Translations under genes and position numbers: made by a program
Part shown: positions 39,535-48,268 of the stretch, one piece after another
Layout of the letters: each line of letters starts with the position of its first letter
Position numbering within the stretch: position 1 is the first letter of the stretch
Notes under the pieces: model-generated
Told to the model about the DNA's origin: nothing
Database searches by the model: none
What the model saw: the letters and a program-made list of their open reading frames with translations, nothing else
Assembly: GCA_003251635.1 (NCBI GenBank)
Contig: QKEW01000008.1
Span: 110,860 to 174,859 of the forward strand
DNA length: 64,000 nt
DNA from: a bacterium
GTDB lineage: Bacteria; Patescibacteriota; Minisyncoccia; Moranbacterales; GWC2-37-73
Direction of reading: 5' to 3'

Positions 39535-39617
39535 CGTATAACGTATAACGTAGAACGTAAAACGTGGAACCTGTAACCTGAAGCGTGGAGCGCGAAACGT
39601 GAAATATTGAACGTGAA
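39512..39617 (+). repeat. Degenerate heptamer tandem array
   Basis: aacgtat aacgtat aacgtag aacgtaa aacgtgg aacctgt aacctga agcgtgg agcgcga aacgtga. Confidence 0.85.
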
Positions 39618-39620
39618 GTT

Positions 39621-39660
39621 AAAAAGAAAATCCCCCAACAGGCGAGGCTGTCGGGGGGAT
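39621..39660 (-). terminator. Repeated terminator, copy 2 of 3
   Basis: Identical to 36342-36381. Confidence 0.85.
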
Positions 39661-39668
39661 AGTATTTT

Positions 39669-39998
39669 TTAGTTTTGACTTAGGAAGGCAAAAACCGTCT
39701 TCCCGCTGACTTCATTTTCAAGCCAGCCATTAACTGAGCAGTAATCAGTTGCATCAGTGTCAGCTATTGCACGCCTTAGCTTGTACTGGCCGTCAGCGCC
39801 GAGGCACGGATTGTCAGCCAGAACGCAGCTTTCAAATTGACTTTTTGAAAGTTGCTCGCGCATTTTTTCAAAGGAGACTATCCTTGCCGGCCAATAATTC
39901 CTTGCATAACCGGCAGCTAACACGGCTGCAATGCAAAACCACTCATCTTCTTTTCCGCCACACAACTCAGCGGCTGTCTCGAATATAATTTCTCTCAT
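39669..39998 (-). CDS. Orphan hypothetical protein
   Basis: 109 aa; GAAAGGGG SD; ends just before terminator copy 2. Confidence 0.7.
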   Translation of the reverse strand: MREIIFETAAELCGGKEDEWFCIAAVLAAGYARNYWPARIVSFEKMREQLSKSQFESCVLADNPCLGADGQYKLRRAIADTDATDYCSVNGWLENEVSGKTVFAFLSQN

Positions 39999-40073
39999 TT
40001 TAAACCCCTTTCTTTTTTATTGGCTAAGTTGTTGAAAACTTTTTTTCTGTTTTTTGAGTTATACTATTAGGAA

Positions 40074-40631
40074 TTACATTACAAGCTTTTTGCTAAGGAG
40101 TCTTTTGAGGATATCCCCCCAGTTTTTACCTTGAAAAGGAATGACACCATTCTGGCAATATCTGCATGTATTACCCTGGGCATCTACACCTGTTCCTTCG
40201 CAGTCGTAGCAATGGATTGGTTTTCTTTTAATATCTATTTTCTGCACTTTAGATGTAAAAAGAATTTTTGTATCATCAATATTAAATACATACTCATAAA
40301 AATCAGGAGGGTTGCATTGTAAGCAATATTCTGGAAAATTCCATGGATCTTCACGTATAACAGCTATGAACTTAACTTTCATTTTTATGCCAATAAGGGC
40401 GAGACGCCACCCCAATAAATCCCTGGCAGGATCAGGAAGCCCACCTTCATATGAAATTTCCCACCCAAAGCCGGGTTTGATATGCAGGTTTGTTAGCAGA
40501 ACTTCAAATCCTTTTTTGTATAAAGGATTCACTGCTTCAAAATATGAGGAGACTATCGAGACATTATGGCCTTTGAGTGTATCAAGGGCTGATTGTGTTT
40601 TTTCGGGATGTTCAACGATAAGAATTTTCAC
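40074..40631 (-). CDS. Pseudo-receiver domain with DnaJ-like Zn finger
   Basis: MKILIVEH...FEVLLTNLHI (Asn at the usual phospho-Asp position); CYDCEGTG...CRYCQNG; AAAGGAGG SD with GTG start. Confidence 0.6.
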   Translation of the reverse strand: MKILIVEHPEKTQSALDTLKGHNVSIVSSYFEAVNPLYKKGFEVLLTNLHIKPGFGWEISYEGGLPDPARDLLGWRLALIGIKMKVKFIAVIREDPWNFPEYCLQCNPPDFYEYVFNIDDTKILFTSKVQKIDIKRKPIHCYDCEGTGVDAQGNTCRYCQNGVIPFQGKNWGDILKRLLSKKLVM

Positions 40632-40830
40632 AGCGTCCTCCTTTAATATTTTTAAGTTACTGTGTTACCTGGGCAAATTCTCAGCGTAACAGGCGATTAT
40701 ACCTTATTTTTACCAATACGTCAATAATTATGTCAATATATTAAATATAATCAAAATAATACAGAAAATATTGACTAAAACAAGCCAAATATGTTATAAT
40801 AAGAATGTTGTCAGAATTGATAACAAAATT

Positions 40831-41586
40831 ATGAATTTACTCCAAAAAGACCTAAAATCAATTGGATTGAGCGAAAACGAAGCAGTGGCCTATTTGGCCT
40901 TGCTTGAGTTAGGTGAGGCTTCTGTCGGAGAAATCGCTAAAAAAGCCGAGCTTAAAAGGCCAACGACTTATTTGATCATGGAATCTCTGAAGGAAAAGGC
41001 CTTGATAAGTATGGTAAAGCGAAAGAAAAAAACTTTATTTTTGGCTGAAGATCCCAGAAAAATCAATGAAATTTTGGAGGAGCGCAAACGAAAAATAGAT
41101 AAAATAATGCCACAACTTCTTTCAATTACTAATTCTCTGGAGGTTAAACCTAAGATTCAATATTTTGAAGGAGAAGAAGGGATTAAGAATGTTTATCGCG
41201 ATACTTTGAGATATCCAAATCAAGAAATGCTGGCCTTTTTTTCCGACTCGTATGCCAGGGGTTTTGAAGAGGATTTTTTTGAGAATTATTATTTTCAAAA
41301 AAGAGTTGAGAAAAAAATTTGGGTCCGAGCCATTTTGCCAAATCAAAAAATGACTAGAAGTTTAATGGTTCGCGACAGGGAGCATTTAAGGAAAACAAAA
41401 TTGGTCAGCAGTGAACTTTATCGGATTGAAGTGGAGGTTAATATATATGGAAAAAATCGAATTGGAATCATTTCTTTTGAAGAAAAATTTGCTTTGATCG
41501 TGGAAAGTCAAAAAATATCTCAGAGCTTGAAAAGTATTTTTGAATTGCTTTGGAGTTTGTTGCCGGAACATAAGCATAACGCATAA
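40831..41586 (+). CDS. TrmB-family HTH transcriptional regulator (2)
   Basis: GLSENEAVAYLALLELGE...IAKKAELKRPTTY; KPKIQYFEGEEG; start re-called to ATG 40831 behind TTGACT-18-TATAAT (40771-40800). Confidence 0.9.
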   Translation: MNLLQKDLKSIGLSENEAVAYLALLELGEASVGEIAKKAELKRPTTYLIMESLKEKALISMVKRKKKTLFLAEDPRKINEILEERKRKIDKIMPQLLSITNSLEVKPKIQYFEGEEGIKNVYRDTLRYPNQEMLAFFSDSYARGFEEDFFENYYFQKRVEKKIWVRAILPNQKMTRSLMVRDREHLRKTKLVSSELYRIEVEVNIYGKNRIGIISFEEKFALIVESQKISQSLKSIFELLWSLLPEHKHNA

Positions 41587-41613
41587 CGTGAAGCGTGGAG
41601 CGTGAAATGTGAA
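41569..41613 (+). repeat. Degenerate heptamer array after TrmB-2
   Basis: Shares gaagcgtggagcgYgaaaYgtgaaa with the array after TrmB-1. Confidence 0.75.
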
Positions 41614-41622
41614 AAATATCTT

Positions 41623-41664
41623 CCCCCCCCCTCCTTTTCAAGGAGGGGGTCTGGGTGAGGTAAA
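41623..41664. repeat. REP-like single unit (copy C) directly upstream of DUF559
   Basis: cccccctccttttcaaggagggggtctgggtgaggtaaa. Confidence 0.9.
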
Positions 41665-41667
41665 AAA

Positions 41668-42021
41668 ATGCAAAAAATTCACAACAGAAAAGAAAAACTA
41701 GAAAGCAGAAAATTATTGCGTAAAAATGCGACACCGCAAGAGATAATTCTTTGGTCTCGATTAAAAAGTAAGCAACTTGGCTGCAAGTTCAGAAGACAAC
41801 ATTCAATCGGTAGATATATTGTCGATTTTTATTGCCCAGAACATAAATTGATTATTGAAATTGATGGATCCCAACACAAATCTGAAGAAGCTTGTAAATA
41901 CGACAAAGAAAGAACCGAATATTTAGAAAAATTAGGCTTACAGGTCATAAGGTTTTGGAACAATGAGATTAATAATAATTTAGAAGGAACTATCCTGAAG
42001 ATTTTGGGATATTTAAAATGA
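41668..42021 (+). CDS. DUF559 / Vsr-like endonuclease domain protein
   Basis: LRKNATPQEIILW, KFRRQHSIGRYIVDFYC, IEIDGSQH, VIRFWNNE motifs. Confidence 0.93.
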   Translation: MQKIHNRKEKLESRKLLRKNATPQEIILWSRLKSKQLGCKFRRQHSIGRYIVDFYCPEHKLIIEIDGSQHKSEEACKYDKERTEYLEKLGLQVIRFWNNEINNNLEGTILKILGYLK

Positions 42022-42031
42022 TCTTAATCCA

Positions 42032-42139
42032 TAACCTCCCCTCGGTCCCCTCCTTGAAAAGGAGGGGAAGCGATGTGAGTTGAAGCTAAAACGCGATTGC
42101 CCCCCCTCCTTTTCAAGGAGATGGTCTGGGTGAGGTAAA
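42032..42139. repeat. REP-like doublet, copy D (complete)
   Basis: Near-identical to copy B including the spacer gtgagttgaaRctaaaacgcgatt. Confidence 0.9.
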
Positions 42140-42147
42140 TTCTTGGC

Positions 42148-42188
42148 AAAAAGAAAATCCCCCAACAGGCGAGGCTGTTGGGGGGGAT
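42148..42188 (-). terminator. Repeated terminator, copy 3 of 3
   Basis: aaaaagaaaatcccccaacaggcgaggctgttgggggggat. Confidence 0.85.
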
Positions 42189-42217
42189 TTTATTGATGCG
42201 AGATGGGGCAAACGAAT

Positions 42218-42532
42218 TTAACGAAAAAGTGAAAGATAGGCCTCGCTGATTGAATGTTCTTGCGAATATTTCTCAGTCAGCCTTTTCTTTGCGATAGATC
42301 TGGTTAAATCTATCCAAATAAAAATTCCCAGGCACAGGAGAAACCCAAAGGCTAGCCCTGTTGTGAAACCCCACAGATCTTCTTCAAAAATCCCCAGGCC
42401 TGCAAAAAGCAAACCGAGCATGAAAGGAAGGGTAAAAGTGAGAACCGCGCATCCAACTAAAGGTGGGTCCCCCATTTCTTTCAGGATGATTGATTTTTGA
42501 TAATCTGGGTTGTTGCGACAGTGAGTTCGCAT
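42218..42532 (-). CDS. Orphan two-TM protein
   Basis: 104 aa; AAGGAG SD; TTGACA upstream near 42621-42626. Confidence 0.7.
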   Translation of the reverse strand: MRTHCRNNPDYQKSIILKEMGDPPLVGCAVLTFTLPFMLGLLFAGLGIFEEDLWGFTTGLAFGFLLCLGIFIWIDLTRSIAKKRLTEKYSQEHSISEAYLSLFR

Positions 42533-42789
42533 CTCGTTTTCTCCTTGCGCTACGACGTTTATGTTAAATTACTCTGCGAAAAAAACATGAATGTTAAAAC
42601 CTAACATGCGAAAAAGTGGTTGTCAATTTTGAATTTTTTCTTGAAAAGCTTGTTTTTGGATGTTACATTGTATTAAAGATATAAACCTTAAGAAAGGTTT
42701 CCAGCTGGAAGTCGAATATTTTAGGGCTCGTGATCTGACGACTTATAACCTAAAAGCTATTAGCTGCCAGTTAGAAACCTGCTAAAAAT

Positions 42790-43506
42790 ATGTCTGGACA
42801 CAACAAATGGTCGGGAATCAAACATCGCAAAGGTGCGCAAGATGCCAAGCGAGCCAATATTTTCACCAAGTTGGCGCGTTTGATCACGATTGCTGCCAAA
42901 GAAGGGGGTGGCAATCCGGAATCCAATGTTAAGTTGAAATTTGTGATGGAACAGGCTCGCAAAGCTAATATGCCCAAGGACAATGTGGAACGAGCTATCA
43001 AAAAAGGCACCGGCGAACTCAACGACGGGTCTCAAATCGAAGAGGTACTCTATGAAGCTTATGGTCCGGGTAATATTGCCATGCTGATTAAATGTGCGAC
43101 TGATAATAAGAATCGAACAGTTGGAGAAATCAAGACGGTTCTAAACAAATTGGGTGGCAAGATGGTGCCGGAGGGCAGCGTCAGTTTTTCGTTTCGTCAA
43201 TTGGGTGAAATTGAAATAGCAGTCAATGAAGACAATTTTGAACAAGTTGAATTGGAGGCGATTGAAGCTGGAGCCGAAGATACGATTTATAGTGGTGATT
43301 TTTTGACAATTTATACTAAGCCTGAAAATCTTTGGCAGGTCAAAGCTGAATTGGAGAAAGGTGCAAGAGAAGTTGAGGGAGCAGGATTGTCCTTTGTGCC
43401 AAGTCAGAAAATTGAAATCGATCAAGACACTAAATTAGACTACGAAAACCTTTTGGAAAAATTAGATGAACTCGATGACGTCCAAGAAATTTATGACAAT
43501 TTATAA
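42790..43506 (+). CDS. yebC: YebC/PmpR family protein
   Basis: MSGHNKWSGIKHRKG, YEAYGPG, TDNKNRT, DDVQEIYDN motifs. Confidence 0.97.
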   Translation: MSGHNKWSGIKHRKGAQDAKRANIFTKLARLITIAAKEGGGNPESNVKLKFVMEQARKANMPKDNVERAIKKGTGELNDGSQIEEVLYEAYGPGNIAMLIKCATDNKNRTVGEIKTVLNKLGGKMVPEGSVSFSFRQLGEIEIAVNEDNFEQVELEAIEAGAEDTIYSGDFLTIYTKPENLWQVKAELEKGAREVEGAGLSFVPSQKIEIDQDTKLDYENLLEKLDELDDVQEIYDNL

Positions 43507-44005
43507 GGGGCTACGGGTTTTAGGTATTGATCCAGGCACGGCCACAGTTGGTTGGGCGGTTTTGGAGCAGCTTCAAAATGGTCAGGTTCAAGCGGTTGAT
43601 TATGGGCACATCAGTACCGACAAGGATGATCCAACAGCTCAAAGGCTTTTGGAAGTGGCAGATGATTTGAGGGAAATAATAAAAAAATATGAACCACAAG
43701 AGGCGGCAGTGGAAGATCTTTTCTATTTTAAAAATGCCAAGACGGTTATCAAGGTGGCTCAGGCACGCGGGGCGATTCTTTTGACTTTAGAGCGCTTAAA
43801 TGTTATAATAGGGGAGTACACACCCCTTCAGGTCAAGCAGTCGATTACCGGATATGGACGGGCGGAGAAAAAACAAATTCAGTTGATGGTAAAAAATATT
43901 TTGAAACTTCGGGAAATTCCCCGACCGGACGACACGGCTGACGCCATTGCAGTCGCGCTTTGTCATTTAAATAGCCGCAAAATGCAAAACATGCTACAGG
44001 CTTGA
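43493..44005 (+). CDS. ruvC: Holliday junction resolvase RuvC
   Basis: LGIDPG, AVEDLFY, EYTPLQVK, PDDTADAIAVALCH motifs. Confidence 0.97.
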   Translation: MTIYKGLRVLGIDPGTATVGWAVLEQLQNGQVQAVDYGHISTDKDDPTAQRLLEVADDLREIIKKYEPQEAAVEDLFYFKNAKTVIKVAQARGAILLTLERLNVIIGEYTPLQVKQSITGYGRAEKKQIQLMVKNILKLREIPRPDDTADAIAVALCHLNSRKMQNMLQA

Positions 44006-44066
44006 TTGGAAAACAAAAACCTTTTGATAGAGATAGAAAAGATAAACTTATAATTTTAACGCTTTT

Positions 44067-44720
44067 ATGGAAAATATCAATCCGGTTTTGGCTTATTTGG
44101 TGGCTCGGGGTTTGCCTTTGGATACGGTAATCATGCTTTTCATGTTGCCGATCATTGTGACTTTGATCGCTTTTTTTCGTCAGGTAGTTGGAATTAAGGC
44201 TTTTGGAATTTATACTCCGGCTATTGTGACTTTTGCTTTTTTGACCATACCCAAGTTGCGCTACGGAGTGGTGGTTTTTGTAGCGGTTATTGTTGTGGGA
44301 ATGTTGATGCGCTATGCCTTGAAAAAGTTGAGACTGCTCTATTTGCCGCGGATGGCCATTACTTTGAGCGTGGTGGCATTTTCAATGTTGATACTTTTGG
44401 CCTTGGGCGGTTCTTTTCAGCGAACCGGTTTGGCTTCGGTCAAAATCTTTCCGATTTTGATCATGATCACTTTGGTGGAAAAATTTGTGGGAACGCAAAT
44501 TGAAAAAGGTAATCGAACAGCTTTGATTTTAGCCTTGGAGACTTTGGTAATTTCTATTATCGGATTTTATTTGGCTAGCTGGAATGGTTTAATTGAATTT
44601 ATCATCGCTTATCCCTGGGCGGTTTTATTTACCATTCCGATCAATGTCTTTTTGGGTAAGTGGGATGGTTTGCGTTTGTCGGAATATGTTCGCTTTCGCA
44701 ATGTCTTAAAGAATATGTAG
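44067..44720 (+). CDS. 7TM protein of the type usually fused to an inactive transglutaminase
   Basis: RQVVGIKAFGIYTP, LLYLPRMA, IFPILIMITLVEK, GLRLSEYVRF motifs; precedes the ATP-grasp ligase. Confidence 0.85.
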   Translation: MENINPVLAYLVARGLPLDTVIMLFMLPIIVTLIAFFRQVVGIKAFGIYTPAIVTFAFLTIPKLRYGVVVFVAVIVVGMLMRYALKKLRLLYLPRMAITLSVVAFSMLILLALGGSFQRTGLASVKIFPILIMITLVEKFVGTQIEKGNRTALILALETLVISIIGFYLASWNGLIEFIIAYPWAVLFTIPINVFLGKWDGLRLSEYVRFRNVLKNM

Positions 44721-44761
44721 CTCGGGCCTTTGGGTTTTTCACTATTAGTCGGACTTAAACT

Positions 44762-46168
44762 ATGGAGGGAGTTTTGAAAATGTTAAAAAATGGTAGGAAA
44801 ATTCTGGGAATGAATGCTCGCAATATTGATTACGTTCGGCCTTTGAATTTGAAAAAATCCAAAAAATTGGCGGATGACAAGATTTATAGTAAAAAAGTTT
44901 TGCAAAAAGCCGGTCTGCCAGTGCCTGATCTGATTGCTAAAATTCGAACCATTGAAGAGTTGGAAAAATTTGATTGGAGCTCGCTGCCAAACAGCTTTGC
45001 TCTCAAGCCTAATCGTGGTTTTGGCGGGGAGGGTATCGTTGTGGTTTATGGCAAGAAAAAAAGTCGAGATGAATGGATCAAGGCCAATGGCGATATTTTG
45101 ACGGTGGATGATTTGAAAAATCACATTCGCAACATTATTGATGGAACTTATTCGCTTTCCAACACGCCAGACGTAGCTTTTTTTGAACAGCGCCTGACGT
45201 TGCTCAAACTTTTCAAGCCCTATTCTTTCAAAGGCATTCCGGATATTCGCGTGATTGTTTTCAACAAGGTTCCGGTCATGGCCATGCTCCGGCTGCCCAC
45301 TCAAGAATCTGGCGGTAAGGCCAATTTGCAGCAGGGCGCGATCGGAGTTGGAATTGATTTGGCAACTGGCACCACTACTACAGCCGTTTTAGGCAAGGGC
45401 CGCTATATTGAATATGTTCCCGGAAGTCGCTTGCTGCTTTCGGGTATTAAGATTCCTTATTGGCAAAGTATTTTGAAATTTTCAGTCCAAGCCCAAGAAG
45501 TTTCGGGCTTGGGATTTTTAGGTGCGGACATTGCGATTGATAAAGAGCGCGGGCCGGTTTTTTTGGAACTCAATGCACGGCCGGGGCTTTCCATTCAAAT
45601 TGCTAATCTGGGTGGCCTCAAAGAAAGACTGGAAAGAGTTAGGGGAATCAAAATCAAAACAGTTGAGCGCGGCATTCGAGTTGGTATGGATCTTTTTGGA
45701 GGTGAGATTGAAGAAGAATTGGAAGAAATTTCCGGCAAGAAGGTGATTGGTTCGATTGAGAAAATAAAGTTGATCGGCAAGGAAGGACAAGAAATTGAAG
45801 TCGAGGCTAAGATTGATACGGGGGCCATGTCGACTTCGATTGATGTTGAGTTGGCGAGGGAATTGGGATTTGGTGATTTAACTGAGTTTTTTGACAAGAT
45901 TGAATTGCCAACCGGGTTTGTCAGGGAAGAAGCTCAAAAAATTATGAAAGATTTGAAACAGAAACATCAACACCCGGATTTAATTGATATTGATATAATA
46001 TTTTCATCTAATGGTGTGTCGATTCGTCCAAAGGTTAAAATAGAATTTATAATGGATCAATTGAGAATAGCCGCTAATGTCAATATAACTCAAAGAGCGG
46101 ATTTGAAATTCCAAACCATTATAGGCAAGAGGAATCTGAGCCGGTTTTTGGTGGATGTCAATAAATAA
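44762..46168 (+). CDS. Alpha-L-glutamate-ligase-like ATP-grasp protein fused to a RimB/retropepsin-like peptidase
   Basis: ILGMNARN, ADDK, KPNRGFGGEGI, GKANLQQGAIGVGID, LELNARPGL; C-terminal AKIDTGAMSTSID...IIGK. Confidence 0.85.
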   Translation: MEGVLKMLKNGRKILGMNARNIDYVRPLNLKKSKKLADDKIYSKKVLQKAGLPVPDLIAKIRTIEELEKFDWSSLPNSFALKPNRGFGGEGIVVVYGKKKSRDEWIKANGDILTVDDLKNHIRNIIDGTYSLSNTPDVAFFEQRLTLLKLFKPYSFKGIPDIRVIVFNKVPVMAMLRLPTQESGGKANLQQGAIGVGIDLATGTTTTAVLGKGRYIEYVPGSRLLLSGIKIPYWQSILKFSVQAQEVSGLGFLGADIAIDKERGPVFLELNARPGLSIQIANLGGLKERLERVRGIKIKTVERGIRVGMDLFGGEIEEELEEISGKKVIGSIEKIKLIGKEGQEIEVEAKIDTGAMSTSIDVELARELGFGDLTEFFDKIELPTGFVREEAQKIMKDLKQKHQHPDLIDIDIIFSSNGVSIRPKVKIEFIMDQLRIAANVNITQRADLKFQTIIGKRNLSRFLVDVNK

Positions 46169-47102
46169 AATAGGCATGAAAAAAAGAGTACTAATACTTT
46201 TCAACAAGAAAGATTCTGAAAAATCTATAGGATCCAAACAATATGAAGATCTTTATTTGTATGCATCTGAAAAAGGTATTGAATTTTGTCGGGCATCTAT
46301 TGATGACTATGATTTGAAGAATAATTTTTTTAGAGAAGTTCAATTTTTTGATGGGGCGAAGTGGTTTATTGAAAAAAATGTCAAGCCCGATTTGGTTTTG
46401 GACAAATCACCATATGAAATCGGCGAAGAAAGAAAAAAAATCAGAGAATATATTTCGGCTAAATACGTTTTTGTTAACGATTTGAAAATTAGCAGAGTAT
46501 TAAGTGACAAATGGGAAACCTATAAAGAATTCGAAAATTTTTCGCCCAAAACAATTTTGATAGAAAATGATCATGATTTTGAAAATATTAATTTATTAAA
46601 AACTGAAGAAATAGTCCTAAAACCTAGGAGTGGGTCTGGCGGCAAAGATGTTAAAATAATCAAAAAAATAGATTTTTCTGGGAATAAATTACAATTTCCA
46701 TTTATAGCGCAAGAAATGGTGAATGCGGAAAAAGGAATAGCGGGTTTGGTTGATGGCCCGCATGATTTGCGAATTATTTTTAAAAACAGTACTCCTTTCT
46801 ATGCTTTTCTGAGAATACCTCCAAAGGGTAAATTAATAGCTAATGTTTCAAAAGGCGGAAAAGTCAAAGTTGTTCCGATAAACAAAATTCCAGAAAATAT
46901 TTTGGATCAAGCACGATTCATATCAGAAAAAATGAGTGAATTTCAAAGCAAATTTTTTTCTATAGATTTTATTGTGGATAATGAACAAAAACCTTGGATG
47001 CTTGAAATGAATTCTCGTCCCGGACTTATTTTGGAAGACGAGGAGTTGGAATATAAAGAATATTTTTACGATAATCTTTTGGATTTTTTGCTAAGCATAT
47101 AA
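46155..47102 (+). CDS. ATP-grasp ligase (YheC/D- or GshB-like)
   Basis: SDKWETY, LKPRSGSGGKDV, HDLRI, IANVSKGG, SIDF, LEMNSRPG motifs. Confidence 0.85.
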   Translation: MSINKIGMKKRVLILFNKKDSEKSIGSKQYEDLYLYASEKGIEFCRASIDDYDLKNNFFREVQFFDGAKWFIEKNVKPDLVLDKSPYEIGEERKKIREYISAKYVFVNDLKISRVLSDKWETYKEFENFSPKTILIENDHDFENINLLKTEEIVLKPRSGSGGKDVKIIKKIDFSGNKLQFPFIAQEMVNAEKGIAGLVDGPHDLRIIFKNSTPFYAFLRIPPKGKLIANVSKGGKVKVVPINKIPENILDQARFISEKMSEFQSKFFSIDFIVDNEQKPWMLEMNSRPGLILEDEELEYKEYFYDNLLDFLLSI

Positions 47103-47107
47103 TATTT

Positions 47108-48070
47108 ATGAAAAAAATATTAGTTTTATTTAAAAAAAGTGATTGGAAAAAAGACTATATTCCTGATGAAAAATATAGATTTTCATACGAATATTTTTAT
47201 AATAAATGCGCCGAAAAAGGAATTGAAATATATAGAGCTTCTTTTGGTTGGTATGATTTCAGAAAAAAAATATTTAGACATGCTTGGAAGTTTAATATTG
47301 ACAATCAAAATTGGGAAAGAGTTGCTGATATTGTCCCGGATTTGATATTTGATAAGGTTAAGCATAATGCTGAATCTTATAGTAAGACTGAGTTGATAAA
47401 TTCTAAATATAAATTTTTTAATTCGTTAGAGTTTACGAAAATTATTGACAATAAAATTGTAACGTCAATGTTGTTTTCGGAGTGGTCAAAAAAATGCATC
47501 GTTATTAATAGCCAAGAGGAACTTAAAGCATCGCTAGAACAGATTCAGACTGAAATGGCTGTTCTAAAGCCTACAAACGAAAGTGGTGGCAACGGTGTTA
47601 TTATAGGGAAAAAAGAGGAAATATTGAATGTTGTTGGCAGAAACAAAAAAATGTTGAATAATTTTATATTACAAGAATTTATCGACTCGTCAGCTGGAAT
47701 ACCAGGCATAACAATCGGAATACATGATCTTAGGCTGGTTCTTATAAATAAAAAAATTGTTTATTCTTACATAAGAAAACCAGCGAAAGGAAGTTATTTA
47801 GCCAATCTTGCTCAGGGAGGAACTAAGGATATAATTGATATAAGAAAACTGCCAAGGTCCTTGGATGAGATAGTCAAAAGGGCCCATGATATTTTCTCAT
47901 CTTTTAAATCGAAGATTTATACGATAGATGTTATGTTTGATCAAAGCGAAAGGCCTTTTGTGATCGAATTGAATTCTATGCCTGGGGCGCATTTCGAGGC
48001 TGGTCAAGAGTCTGCCAGAAAATTTTTTTATGACAATCTCCTTGAAGTTTTTTTAGATGAATTAAATTGA
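47108..48070 (+). CDS. ATP-grasp ligase, paralog of 46155..47102
   Basis: LKPTNESGGNGV, QEFID, HDLRL, LANLAQGG, TIDV, IELNSMPG motifs. Confidence 0.85.
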   Translation: MKKILVLFKKSDWKKDYIPDEKYRFSYEYFYNKCAEKGIEIYRASFGWYDFRKKIFRHAWKFNIDNQNWERVADIVPDLIFDKVKHNAESYSKTELINSKYKFFNSLEFTKIIDNKIVTSMLFSEWSKKCIVINSQEELKASLEQIQTEMAVLKPTNESGGNGVIIGKKEEILNVVGRNKKMLNNFILQEFIDSSAGIPGITIGIHDLRLVLINKKIVYSYIRKPAKGSYLANLAQGGTKDIIDIRKLPRSLDEIVKRAHDIFSSFKSKIYTIDVMFDQSERPFVIELNSMPGAHFEAGQESARKFFYDNLLEVFLDELN

Positions 48071-48268
48071 TGATTTGTTTACTTTGAGATTAGAAAATTT
48101 AAATCAATTTTTACATGGTAAACCCTAAGTTTTTTAATTAAACGACCAAGTAGGTTTTTCTAATGAAAGTTGGATGGTTATGAATTGATTGGCTGATTTA
48201 TAGATTCTATAAAATCTTTGGCCTAACTATAATTTGTTTAAAATTTCGGGAAAACTAAGTAATATTTT

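Noticed and set aside
36270-42188. CRISPR array or integron interpretation of the repeats
   Set aside because: Repeats are kilobases apart with no regular spacers; no cas or intI gene and no attC-like boxes were seen
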